In this document: in pieces, positions 37,566 to 46,615 of the stretch
Layout of the letters: every line of letters starts with the position of its first letter
How positions within the stretch are numbered: the first letter of the stretch is position 1
DNA from: a bacterium
GTDB taxonomy: Bacteria > Patescibacteriota > Dojkabacteria > GCA-002793355
Reading direction: 5' to 3'
Assembly (NCBI GenBank): GCA_020853235.1
Contig: JADYZG010000028.1
Span: 1,881-65,880 of the forward strand
DNA length: 64,000 nucleotides
Made by a program: the position numbers and the translations under genes
Notes under the pieces: generated by a model
Told to the model about the DNA's origin: nothing
Databases searched by the model: none
Seen by the model: only the letters and a program-made list of their open reading frames with translations

Positions 37566-37566
37566 C

Positions 37567-38988
37567 ATGAATTACGAATTAATCATCGGCCTCGAAATCC
37601 ACATTCAGGCGAAAACAAAGTCAAAAATGTTCTGCCGATGTGACGCGAAATACTTTGGAGCTTCCCCTAATAGCCATGTTTGCCCAGTTTGTCTTGGACT
37701 TCCTGGTGCACTTCCTGTACCAAATAAAAAAGCGATTGAACTGTGTCTCAAACTCGCACTAGCGCTGAATTGTAAGGTCAACAAGTTTTCAAAATTCGAT
37801 CGCAAGAACTACTTTTATCCAGATTTGCCAAAAGCGTACCAGATTTCTCAGTACGATTTGCCTTTTGGGTATGAAGGGGCTGTTTCAATTGAATCAAAGG
37901 ATATTAGAATTACTCGAGTTCACATGGAAGAAGATACCGGCAAATCAATACATTCATCGACAAAAACGTTGTTAGATTTCAACAAATCTGGTGTGTCACT
38001 TATCGAAGTAGTTACAGAACCAGATTTTCGTGAGATAAAGGATGTCTTGTTTTTCGCAAAACGACTAAAACAAATTGTGAAATATTCTGGCGTTAGTGAT
38101 GCTGACATGGAAAAAGGGCAGATGCGTTTCGAACTAAATATGTCGCTCAGAAAACCAGGTGAACCGTCGTTGCCAAAATACAAAGTCGAAGTAAAAAATA
38201 TTGGATCAATCTCAGTCCTTGAAAAAGTAATCGCATACGAAATTAAAAGGCAGAGTGATTTACTTGACAAAGGAGAAACGCCAATTCAAGAAACTCGTGG
38301 ACTGAGAGATCTTACGGGAGTTACTCATTCTCAACGTGTTAAAGAAGAAGCAAATGATTATCGCTACTTCCCTGAACCAGACATTCCACCAATTTTGTTT
38401 ACAGATGAGCAACTAGCAGCAATTAAAAATACAATAGGCGAGTTACCAAGCGAGAAAAAGTCTCGTTATATCGAATCGTTTGGATTAGATGCAACACTTG
38501 CAGAGACCTTAATTTCTACTAAACCAAGAACAGAGTGGTTTGAAAAAGCTATTGAAGGTGCAGATAATTCACTGGTAGCGTTAATTGCAAAGTGGTTTGT
38601 TGGAGATGTTATTGCATTGATGAAAGCAAATAAAGTAAAACTGTCACAGCTGAAAATTATGCCAGAAAATCTGCGTGAACTGGTTGAATTATTAAATAAT
38701 GGTAAGATATCGTCTCCAATCGCAAAACAAGTTCTATCTGAAATGTTTGAGACTGGAAATAAAGCATCTATCATTGTTGCAGAAAAAGGACTTGAGGTTG
38801 TTACTGACTTAGGTGCAATTAGAGAGATTGTTAAAAGGATTATTGCCGCGAATCCAAAGGTAATTGAAGATATGAAAAAGAATCCAAATGCCTACAAATT
38901 TCTGATTGGTCAAGTAATGAAAGAATTGCAAGGAAAGGCGAATCCACCTGACGTAGAGAAAGCAATTCTTGACGAGCTGAACGCTTAA
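37567..38988 (+). CDS. gatB: Asp/Glu-tRNA amidotransferase subunit B
   Basis: N-terminus YELIIGLEIHIQ, then CPVCLGLPGALP and DRKNYFYPDLPK motifs. The ATG at 37567 is preferred to the ORF-track start at 37531. Confidence 0.95.
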   Translation: MNYELIIGLEIHIQAKTKSKMFCRCDAKYFGASPNSHVCPVCLGLPGALPVPNKKAIELCLKLALALNCKVNKFSKFDRKNYFYPDLPKAYQISQYDLPFGYEGAVSIESKDIRITRVHMEEDTGKSIHSSTKTLLDFNKSGVSLIEVVTEPDFREIKDVLFFAKRLKQIVKYSGVSDADMEKGQMRFELNMSLRKPGEPSLPKYKVEVKNIGSISVLEKVIAYEIKRQSDLLDKGETPIQETRGLRDLTGVTHSQRVKEEANDYRYFPEPDIPPILFTDEQLAAIKNTIGELPSEKKSRYIESFGLDATLAETLISTKPRTEWFEKAIEGADNSLVALIAKWFVGDVIALMKANKVKLSQLKIMPENLRELVELLNNGKISSPIAKQVLSEMFETGNKASIIVAEKGLEVVTDLGAIREIVKRIIAANPKVIEDMKKNPNAYKFLIGQVMKELQGKANPPDVEKAILDELNA

Positions 38989-40013
38989 TCCTCGCTCTTT
39001 TCCGAGTCTTCTGGTGATGGCAGTTGTTCAATGACGTAGCTTGTGCCCCGGCCTTTTCCAACAGATTTTATTAGACATTTTTGGGTTAGGTCATTTAAAT
39101 CACGAAAAGCTGTTGCTATTCCAATACTCATCATACTCGCATATTTTTTTCGTGTTAATTTTTTGTGTTGTTTGAAGTAGGTGAGAATCTTCAACTGTCT
39201 ATCGTTTAATGAGGCTCTAATACGAGGAGCAATCGATGATCGATGCACCAGTGCATCATGAATAGTCTCGATTTGTGTTTTGTATTCTTTGGTCATTTTT
39301 TCCACAAAAGCTGTAAAATGTTGTGGTGAGGGATCGAAAGTAAAATCGGTCCGTTGTAATGTTTTCCATAATGCTGCCATGACTGAAGTTGTTCCTAAAG
39401 CCCAGTAGCGGCTCTGGCGTGTAATCGTAAAAGCATTAAGTAGTGCTGTTTGCAGATTGAACTGAAGAAAGGGATAGCTTGAAATAAGATGATACGACGT
39501 TATACCAGCTAGGAGTAATGGATTTATTTTGTCGTTTGTATAGGAAAGCAGTTGCCTAATGTCTATCCACAGCTGGAATTCTGGTTGTGTCGGTCTATTT
39601 CTGAGGCCATCGTGAGTTAAAGTAGTTGATTCGTGTGCAGAACGTACTTTTCCTTCTTCCCAGAAATCGCTAAATCCATCTGTAAGAAGTTTATTCTCTT
39701 GCTGTAATACGGCAGAAGTAAAGGTATTTTCTCTTACCGTTTTTGCATATTTCATTACTGAAATGCAATTTCTTAATAGCCGAAGTTGTGGTTGTGTTGT
39801 GCGTTGATTATGGGAATCAAGGATTTCTCTTGCATCATCTGGAGAAATGCTTAACTCCATCGATTCAGCTAAAGTGAGGACATCTGTTATTTGTATATCA
39901 CGAGCTTGTTTTTTATAGAACGCTGCGTAATCGGCACTTTTTGGGAGCGTTGCTAATGTTTTTTCAATCGAAATTAGATGAGAAACAAGTTCATGAGAAA
40001 TCAATAATTCCAT
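38985..40013 (-). CDS. Fic-family-like protein with a degenerate active-site motif and C-terminal winged helix
   Basis: SYPFLQFNLQTAL occupies the position of HPFx(D/E)GNGRxxR. The C-terminus ATAFRDLNDLTQKCLIKSVGKGRGTSYV resembles the wHTH of Fic proteins. Confidence 0.55.
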   Translation of the reverse strand: MELLISHELVSHLISIEKTLATLPKSADYAAFYKKQARDIQITDVLTLAESMELSISPDDAREILDSHNQRTTQPQLRLLRNCISVMKYAKTVRENTFTSAVLQQENKLLTDGFSDFWEEGKVRSAHESTTLTHDGLRNRPTQPEFQLWIDIRQLLSYTNDKINPLLLAGITSYHLISSYPFLQFNLQTALLNAFTITRQSRYWALGTTSVMAALWKTLQRTDFTFDPSPQHFTAFVEKMTKEYKTQIETIHDALVHRSSIAPRIRASLNDRQLKILTYFKQHKKLTRKKYASMMSIGIATAFRDLNDLTQKCLIKSVGKGRGTSYVIEQLPSPEDSEKSED

Positions 40014-40147
40014 ATCGTTATCGTATCATAAAATTTTAGTTGAAAATTCTATTTGACTAATTTTTTTGTGGTAAGATTAAGCGTATGAAAGTCCCAAAGA
40101 TAGGATTAAGTACCAATTCAGATGAGTATAAGGACAGAGAATAGAAC

Positions 40148-40744
40148 TTAGAGTAGTAACTTATCTGAAATTCCCTGCATTGCAGTTAATGAAATCTCAA
40201 CGAATTTTTCAATTGGAATATTCAATGCATCTTCATTGGCACACATAGCAACTTCGTCTCTTCTTGTTCCAGCAGCGAATTTTGGCTCTTTCAAAAATCT
40301 CTTAAGAACGGAAGAAACTTTTACATCCGCAATTTTTCGTGAAGGATAAACATAGGCAACTGCGGTGATAAGACCGGTCAGGCTATCAACACAGAAAATC
40401 GACCATTCCGCAAGATTTTGCGCTTTATAACCAGTTAGTTCAGGTGCATGAGCTTTCACGATGTTTAATACAGTATCTGAGATTTCAAGACAATATTTAG
40501 CTAACATATCACGGGTATGCTGTGGATGTTCTGCTTTATATTCCCCACCAAAATCACAATCGTGAATAAGACCTGCAAGCATCCAATCTTCTTTACTTGG
40601 TTCAGTATCTGTGATGCGACCTTGTGATTGTAAATAATCGTAAAGCCCGCCCATACATGCTTCTACTGCAAATGAGTGGCGCACAATATTTGGTTCAAGT
40701 TGCTTTTCTAAAGCTGCTACAAAATCTTTTCTTTCCATATGCAA
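40148..40744 (-). CDS. HD domain metal-dependent phosphohydrolase
   Basis: HSFAVEA ... AGLIHDCDFG pattern (an H...HD...D metal site) in a 198-aa protein. Confidence 0.75.
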   Translation of the reverse strand: MHMERKDFVAALEKQLEPNIVRHSFAVEACMGGLYDYLQSQGRITDTEPSKEDWMLAGLIHDCDFGGEYKAEHPQHTRDMLAKYCLEISDTVLNIVKAHAPELTGYKAQNLAEWSIFCVDSLTGLITAVAYVYPSRKIADVKVSSVLKRFLKEPKFAAGTRRDEVAMCANEDALNIPIEKFVEISLTAMQGISDKLLL

Positions 40745-40779
40745 TTATACTCGCCAATTTGGGTAGTGTAAAATAATGC

Positions 40780-41625
40780 ATGATTAGAAATAAACGTGCG
40801 TTGATAACTGGTTGTACATCTGGAATTGGTCACGAAATTGCACGAGGTTTAGCAAAGCAAGGTTTTGACTTAATTCTCTTAGGACGATCTGAGACGAAGC
40901 TGCAGAAATTAGATATCGAACTGACTAATCTTTCTAGAAAGAAGATCGATGTGGAGTACTTTATTTGTGATTTCGAAGATTTGGATCAAGTTGCTTCTGT
41001 TAGTAAGCTAATTAGCAACGCATATCGAGAAATAGACGTGTTAATTAATAACGCGGGAATTTGGGATTTGAAGTATAAGAAAACAGAAAATGGTTGGGAA
41101 AACACGTGGGTAGTGAATTATTTTGCTTCGTTTATTTTGACGAATAATCTACTACTTAACTTGAGATTAACCGCCGAGGAAACTCACAACGTGCGGATCA
41201 TAAACATGACCTCTGAAGCTCATCGATATGGCAAAATTACGTTTCCTTTAGCGCAATATTTCCATTTTTTTAGAACATATGGTTCTACAAAGTTAGCTAA
41301 TGTTTTACATGCATTTTATCTTGCTAGTAGCCTTGAACAAGAAGGAATATATGTTAATGCGGTACATCCTGGAGTGGTTGCGACAGATTTATGGAAAGGA
41401 CTTCCAAAATTTATTGCAGATGCAAGTAAGAAATGGATGGTAACAGTAGAAGAGGGTGCAAAAACCCCATTATCCTTAGTTTTGTCTGAAGACTTGATGG
41501 TAACGGGTAGATACTTCAAGAATATGAAATCCTCGGTTCCAAGTAAAACGGCACAGAATCGAGAACTTATGGTGCAACTTTATGAAACGACACATGAATT
41601 ACTCAACAAGTATTTAACAGCATGA
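40780..41625 (+). CDS. SDR family oxidoreductase
   Basis: TGCTSGIGHEIA cofactor motif, NNAG, and catalytic YGSTK. Confidence 0.88.
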   Translation: MIRNKRALITGCTSGIGHEIARGLAKQGFDLILLGRSETKLQKLDIELTNLSRKKIDVEYFICDFEDLDQVASVSKLISNAYREIDVLINNAGIWDLKYKKTENGWENTWVVNYFASFILTNNLLLNLRLTAEETHNVRIINMTSEAHRYGKITFPLAQYFHFFRTYGSTKLANVLHAFYLASSLEQEGIYVNAVHPGVVATDLWKGLPKFIADASKKWMVTVEEGAKTPLSLVLSEDLMVTGRYFKNMKSSVPSKTAQNRELMVQLYETTHELLNKYLTA

Positions 41626-42194
41626 TTTACGGTATTCAAGGCGGTCCGGCCAGCTTTAACGAACTTGCATTACAGGAGTATGTGACTCAACGTTCAATTG
41701 CGGGTCACACAGTTTCATACCTCTATACTACCGAGAAAGTATTGGCCGCAGTAGAAGCAGGCGCTGTAGATTTCGGACTCTTCGCAATTCACAATTCAGC
41801 GGGTGGTATGGTCGCAGAAACGCTAGAAGCCGTATCAAGGCATAATTTTCAGATTGTTGAAGAATTTGCTATTAAGATTCGACATAATCTAATGAAACTT
41901 TCTGGCGTGTCACTTGATGAGATAAAGACGGTTATGGCACACGATCAAGTTCTAAAGCAGTGTAAACAACATCTTGCTGAAAAGTATCCCTATCTTAAGC
42001 AGGTGAGTGGAGAAGGTGACTTACTCGACACTGCAACTGCGGCAAAAGCTCTTGCAGAGCACCAACTTCCCAAGGAACTATTTATTCTTGGTAACCCTTT
42101 AATAGCTGATCTTTACGGACTCGAAACTGTCGATACAAACTTACAGGATTTAGAAAACAATCTCACAACCTTCTTGCTGGTCAAGAAACGGTAG
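41622..42194 (+). CDS. prephenate dehydratase catalytic (PDT) domain protein lacking an ACT domain
   Basis: 190 aa that is PDT-like throughout (YGIQGGPASFNE..., FGLFAIHNSAGG, ...NLTTFLLVKK). There is no C-terminal regulatory domain. Confidence 0.65.
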   Translation: MIYGIQGGPASFNELALQEYVTQRSIAGHTVSYLYTTEKVLAAVEAGAVDFGLFAIHNSAGGMVAETLEAVSRHNFQIVEEFAIKIRHNLMKLSGVSLDEIKTVMAHDQVLKQCKQHLAEKYPYLKQVSGEGDLLDTATAAKALAEHQLPKELFILGNPLIADLYGLETVDTNLQDLENNLTTFLLVKKR

Positions 42195-42235
42195 CGTGGA
42201 CTCTTGTATCGGGGCATACTATAATACGGAATCAC

Positions 42236-42323
42236 GGAGAGGTGGCTGAGCTGGTTGAAGGCACTACTCTCGAAAAGTAGCATACGGTTTTCCGTATCGA
42301 GGGTTCGAATCCCTCCTTCTCCG
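42236..42323 (+). tRNA. tRNA-Ser (anticodon CGA), long variable arm, CCA not encoded
   Basis: Manual fold. Acceptor GGAGAGG/CTTCTCC with one GU pair, anticodon stem CTACT/AGTAG with loop CTCGAAA, variable stem ATACGG/CCGTAT, and T arm GAGGG-TTCGAAT-CCCTC. TATAAT lies at 42220-42225. Confidence 0.9.
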
Positions 42324-42352
42324 ATTGGTACCCAAAGGGTGGCAATCGGAGA
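42317..42352 (+). other. long hairpin formed by the tRNA-Ser 3' end and its trailer
   Basis: TTCTCCGATTGGTACCC-AAA-GGGTGGCAATCGGAGAA forms about 17 bp with one mismatch and one GU pair. No U-tract follows. Confidence 0.5.
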
Positions 42353-42530
42353 AGATAGTGGGTGAGTTAGTAAGCACTAAAATAATGATGTTTGCACTTC
42401 GCTCTATGAACAAAATGAATAGATGTGGAGCATAATCCTCCCTTGGTGCTATAGACACATGTCCTGGTTACCAAGACGTAGTCTTAGTATATGGAGATGG
42501 TACAGGATGATTAAGTAATTTGCCGAACCT

Positions 42531-43064
42531 CTATATCCCCATCTGTTTTTCTAACTGCCCTTTCTTTTCCTGCAACTCTACCCAAACGCCTGTATCTTTT
42601 AGCAAACCTTCTGCCATCTCTAGAAACTTAACATACTTACCATAGAGCTTTGACCATGATTCGGGGGCGCCGAGTGCGTAATAATCAGCATTGTCTAGCA
42701 AATCTACTGCCTTAATAATAGCTGCATCTCTTCCGTAAGCAATATTACGCTCGAAAGTTTCAATATATTTTTGAACGTAGTCTGCAATTTCGCTTTTGAA
42801 ACTGTTTGCCTCAACAAGTTTTGCCACTTCTTCGCCAAATGAAGCCGTAATATCAGCCAAAGTAACCTGTGTATCTTCTAGCAAATCATGAAGCAGTGCA
42901 CCTACAACTACAGATGCTTTTTCACTTTTATCATAAAGGCGCATCGCAAGTCGAATGCTATGAAGAATGACAGGCTTGCTGTTATTGCCTGATTTGTTGA
43001 AATTATCAACTAAGTAACTAATTGCTTTTTGGATCAATTCCTGATCTTCTTTTGAATATATCAT
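42531..43064 (-). CDS. HD domain protein of the RelA/SpoT hydrolase type (small alarmone hydrolase-like)
   Basis: HSIRLAMRL ... GALLHDLLEDT pattern in a 177-aa protein with no synthetase domain. Confidence 0.7.
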   Translation of the reverse strand: MIYSKEDQELIQKAISYLVDNFNKSGNNSKPVILHSIRLAMRLYDKSEKASVVVGALLHDLLEDTQVTLADITASFGEEVAKLVEANSFKSEIADYVQKYIETFERNIAYGRDAAIIKAVDLLDNADYYALGAPESWSKLYGKYVKFLEMAEGLLKDTGVWVELQEKKGQLEKQMGI

Positions 43065-43135
43065 AGTGTAAATTGTATAGCAATGTGGGTATATTTCAAT
43101 ATGTTAATTAATTACTGTATGCTATAATCAGTGCT

Positions 43136-43582
43136 ATGGAACCTCCAAAATTTATAGTAAATGTTGAAGCAGCTATTTTTCAAAATAACAAATGGCTCAT
43201 GATTTTACGATCAAAAAAAGAAGATCATGCAGGTGGTACTCTTTCTATGGTCGGCGGGAAAATTGATTATTCAGACGCACTTACTGATACACTAGAATTT
43301 GGTGTAAAACGAGAAATCTTGGAAGAAGTTAACGTACAAGTTCAAGAAAAGTTCGAATATGTAGAAAGCAAGATGTTTGTAAGTGCTAAAGGCAACCATG
43401 TCATTGATATTGTCTTTATTGCAGAATACAAATCAGGTGATCCATCGGCAATGATAGAGGATGAAGTTGATGAAGTATCTTGGATGACAATGGAAGAAAT
43501 CAAATCGAATCCAAATACTCCACCTTGGATTCTTGCAAGTATGGAAAAAGCAGAGGCAATCAGGTTAAAAATTACAAAGTAA
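43136..43582 (+). CDS. NUDIX hydrolase
   Basis: Nudix box GGKIDYSD...GVKREILEEVNV. TGcTATAAT at 43120-43128 lies 7 nt upstream of the ATG. Confidence 0.85.
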   Translation: MEPPKFIVNVEAAIFQNNKWLMILRSKKEDHAGGTLSMVGGKIDYSDALTDTLEFGVKREILEEVNVQVQEKFEYVESKMFVSAKGNHVIDIVFIAEYKSGDPSAMIEDEVDEVSWMTMEEIKSNPNTPPWILASMEKAEAIRLKITK

Positions 43583-43645
43583 TGCGAAAGAGTCTTTTTT
43601 TCGGTTGATAGCCCCGATTTAAATCACTAATAATCTGGTACAAGT

Positions 43646-44152
43646 TCAACCTTCAGCTGAGTTATCGGCCGAAGTATTATCCTTTGCCGAAATAGTCCTT
43701 TCCTTGCGAAACTTCGAGTACATTTGCTGAAAACTCGTATCTGTAGTACTTGCAAAAGTCGCAATAACAACGAGTGCTGCGGCATAGATGATATGCTCGT
43801 CAACAACAAAAGAATAGGAGTTAGGGTATGGGAACCCGAGTGGGAGGTAGTAGAGTATCATAAGTAATGCGCCAGAAAGGCTTGATAATTGCAATGCAAT
43901 ACCGGAAACGAGAGAAAGCCCAATGAGTGTTTGTCCCCACGCGTTAAGTCCGTTACTAAATGGCATGAGGGCAGGTGTCATTAAAAAGTCATAAAATGCT
44001 GTAAAGTTTTTCGCGCCAGCCAAATATGATTCTGCGGACCAGTTAGGGTCTAGGAGTTTGGATACTCCTGAATACAGGAATAACCATCCGAAAACTAATC
44101 TAAGAATGAATAATGCTACTGTTTGTGTTTTTGTCATAAGAATATTGTACAA
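43646..44152 (-). CDS. DoxX family membrane protein
   Basis: LFILRLVFGWLFLYSGVSKL N-terminus and four hydrophobic segments. Confidence 0.78.
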   Translation of the reverse strand: MYNILMTKTQTVALFILRLVFGWLFLYSGVSKLLDPNWSAESYLAGAKNFTAFYDFLMTPALMPFSNGLNAWGQTLIGLSLVSGIALQLSSLSGALLMILYYLPLGFPYPNSYSFVVDEHIIYAAALVVIATFASTTDTSFQQMYSKFRKERTISAKDNTSADNSAEG

Positions 44153-44201
44153 TAGATAGGGATAGAAAAAAGGTGCTGATTATCAATTGTGTAGCATAGT
44201 T

Positions 44202-44693
44202 ATGGAATTACTAACCACGAGATTAGAGCAGGATTTGAAAAAATTACGTGAAATTTCACGCGCGTTGACACCGGAGGAGATTACATCATCAAGGGTTCAG
44301 CAGTTGATTGCTAACCTAGTGCAGTTTGCACAAAATTATAGTAGTCCAGATGGTCACTATAAATGTGCTGGATTATCTGCAGTACAGGTTGGGTTTCCAC
44401 TTAGAATTTACGTTGTTCGAGATCGTAAAACAGAAGTTTTTACTCCTTATATCAATCCTGGGCTAACACCACTAGGAGATGCAACAAATAGTCATGTCGA
44501 ATCTTGTCTGAGTATTCCAAATGTGTCAGGTATAGTAGAAAGGTACACTCGGGTAAGACTGTCATACCTAGATCCAACCGGACAACGACAAATGTTAAAA
44601 GAAGTTGTCGGCTTTACTGCAAGAGTATTGCAACACGAACAGGACCATCTTGATGGAATCCTCTTCACAGATAGAATGAGTAAACCTAAATAA
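44202..44693 (+). CDS. def: peptide deformylase
   Basis: Motifs GLSAVQVG, ESCLSIP (an EGCLS variant) and HEQDHLDG. The ATG at 44202 is preferred to the ORF-track start at 44187. Confidence 0.88.
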   Translation: MELLTTRLEQDLKKLREISRALTPEEITSSRVQQLIANLVQFAQNYSSPDGHYKCAGLSAVQVGFPLRIYVVRDRKTEVFTPYINPGLTPLGDATNSHVESCLSIPNVSGIVERYTRVRLSYLDPTGQRQMLKEVVGFTARVLQHEQDHLDGILFTDRMSKPK

Positions 44694-44696
44694 CAG

Positions 44697-45371
44697 TTAT
44701 AGGGTACGTTGAGTTGTGTGAATGAGACGATTTTTTTTTGTCACAATTAACCCGATAAGAACTCCAAACAACAAACCTCCAATATGTGCAAACCATGCGG
44801 TTCCACCCTCTTGTGTACTAAGGAGAGACCCAAATCCACTGAGAAACTGAGTTCCTGCCCAATAAACTAAAAAGAGTTGCGCAGGTAGTTCTTGTGTAAA
44901 AATCCCGCCAGCAAAGAAGATGAGGCTTCTTATACGGTGACGAGGGAAGACTATTAGATAGTAGCCAAGTATTCCTGCGATCGCGCCACTCGCCCCGAGC
45001 ATCGGAATAGTGGAATCTGCATCAACAATGTACTGAAGTAAGGCCGCACAGACTGTCGCCCCAAGATAAAACAAAACATACCCGATACTTCCCAAAGATT
45101 CTTCGACGTTATCGCCGAATACCCAGAGAAAAAGCATGTTAAATAAGATGTGTGTAATTCCACCATGTAAAAAGGCAGAGGTTAATATCGGCCACCAGGT
45201 GCTACTATCCGCAATCGAAAACAGTGCAGGGGTGAATGCATATTTTGCAATAAATCCATTTAAATCAGCAACACTTATCTCGACGAGAAAAATAAGAATA
45301 TTTGTGATAAGTAAGAGTAAGGTGATAATTGGAAATCTATATGTTTTATGACTATCTGAGAGTGGAATCAT
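44697..45371 (-). CDS. rhomboid family intramembrane serine protease
   Basis: HGGITHILFNMLFLW, catalytic GASGAIAG, and a distal AHIGGLLFG. Confidence 0.88.
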   Translation of the reverse strand: MIPLSDSHKTYRFPIITLLLLITNILIFLVEISVADLNGFIAKYAFTPALFSIADSSTWWPILTSAFLHGGITHILFNMLFLWVFGDNVEESLGSIGYVLFYLGATVCAALLQYIVDADSTIPMLGASGAIAGILGYYLIVFPRHRIRSLIFFAGGIFTQELPAQLFLVYWAGTQFLSGFGSLLSTQEGGTAWFAHIGGLLFGVLIGLIVTKKNRLIHTTQRTL

Positions 45372-45433
45372 GCTTTATATTGTACAGCAGTGGTGAGAAG
45401 ACATAAACAATTATTTCCGTTACAATCCGGATA

Positions 45434-46051
45434 ATGAAATCACAGGTCATTTACTTCGACTTCGATAGAACACTGCTTGATACCGATAGCCTGAAACAAG
45501 AACAGGCGAGGCGTATTGCAAAAATCGCACAACTTTCTGAAGAACAAGTTTATCAAGGTATGCAGCAGTATATTGAATCTATACCTAATCACTTGTATTT
45601 TGACGTTGGTGGCTACGCCCTGTTTTTGGGCAACCTTTACGATATCAATCCGAGTGATGTTACAAAAATTTATTTAACCGATTGCAATTATATTGCTGAT
45701 TTTCTTTTTCCTGAAACATTAGAAGTTTTGAAAAAATTATCTCGGGAGGGGTATTCACTGGGAATTTTCTCTAGTGCGGTACCAGGCCATCAAAAGATAA
45801 AAATTGAGAATACCGGTGTATTAGAGTATATTCCATGGAGTTCTGTAATTATTTCTCCGAACAAATTAGATACTGATATTGTTGCCAAAATCCCTAATAA
45901 TACAATCGTTATTGATGATGATCGAACAATTATCGTAGAATTGCTGGAGAAACATCCTCATCTCACCCCAGTCTGGTGTAACAGAAAAACAGACGAAAAA
46001 ATTTATGGTATTCGAACTATAAAAAATCTGTCAGAACTCCTAGAAGCATAA
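45434..46051 (+). CDS. HAD family hydrolase
   Basis: DFDRTLLDTD (DxDxT motif I), SSAVPG, and a distal DDD. TACAAT lies 7 nt upstream of the ATG. Confidence 0.72.
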   Translation: MKSQVIYFDFDRTLLDTDSLKQEQARRIAKIAQLSEEQVYQGMQQYIESIPNHLYFDVGGYALFLGNLYDINPSDVTKIYLTDCNYIADFLFPETLEVLKKLSREGYSLGIFSSAVPGHQKIKIENTGVLEYIPWSSVIISPNKLDTDIVAKIPNNTIVIDDDRTIIVELLEKHPHLTPVWCNRKTDEKIYGIRTIKNLSELLEA

Positions 46052-46068
46052 ATAGGTTATAATAGATT

Positions 46069-46614
46069 ATGAAGTATCTTCTGAAACGAAAATTTTTCAC
46101 TTTACTTGGTAAAGAGTTTACCATTTTTGACGATAAGAACAACATCGTCGCGTACGCTAAACAAAAGGCTTTTAAATTGAAAGAAGAAATCTTGGTGTAT
46201 ACCGACAGCACAAAAGAACAAGTACTGGTTTCAATTAAAGCAAGAAATGTTTGGGATTTTGGGGCTACGTATGATATCCGTGATGAAAATAATGAACTGC
46301 TTGGAGCATTCAGACGAATGGGGGTTCGTTCAATGTTTCGAGATGAATGGAGAATTCTTACTCCGGGTGATAACGAAATCGGCGTTATTCAAGAAGAATC
46401 AAGCATATTAGCCTTAGTGAGAAGATTATTAACAAATCTTGTTCCGCAGAAATTTGATTTAAGAATAGGAGAGAGTGATGTTGGTGGTTTTCAGCAGCAA
46501 TTCAATTTATTCCGTTACCAATTAGAAATTGAAATCGACGAAACATTTTTAGATAAAAGGATGGCCTTTGCAGCAGCGATATTGCTTGGGGCTATTGAAG
46601 GAAGACAAGGGTAA
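46069..46614 (+). CDS. LURP-one/scramblase-like (tubby C-terminal-like fold) protein; tentative
   Basis: 181 aa. The N-terminus MKYLLKRKFFTLLGKEFTIFDDKNNIV resembles the YxjI/LURP-one-related family. Recognised from memory only. Confidence 0.45.
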   Translation: MKYLLKRKFFTLLGKEFTIFDDKNNIVAYAKQKAFKLKEEILVYTDSTKEQVLVSIKARNVWDFGATYDIRDENNELLGAFRRMGVRSMFRDEWRILTPGDNEIGVIQEESSILALVRRLLTNLVPQKFDLRIGESDVGGFQQQFNLFRYQLEIEIDETFLDKRMAFAAAILLGAIEGRQG

Positions 46615-46615
46615 T

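Noticed and set aside
42264-42458. 64-aa minus-strand ORF
   Set aside because: It overlaps the tRNA-Ser gene and its trailer hairpin. The tRNA fold is far better supported.
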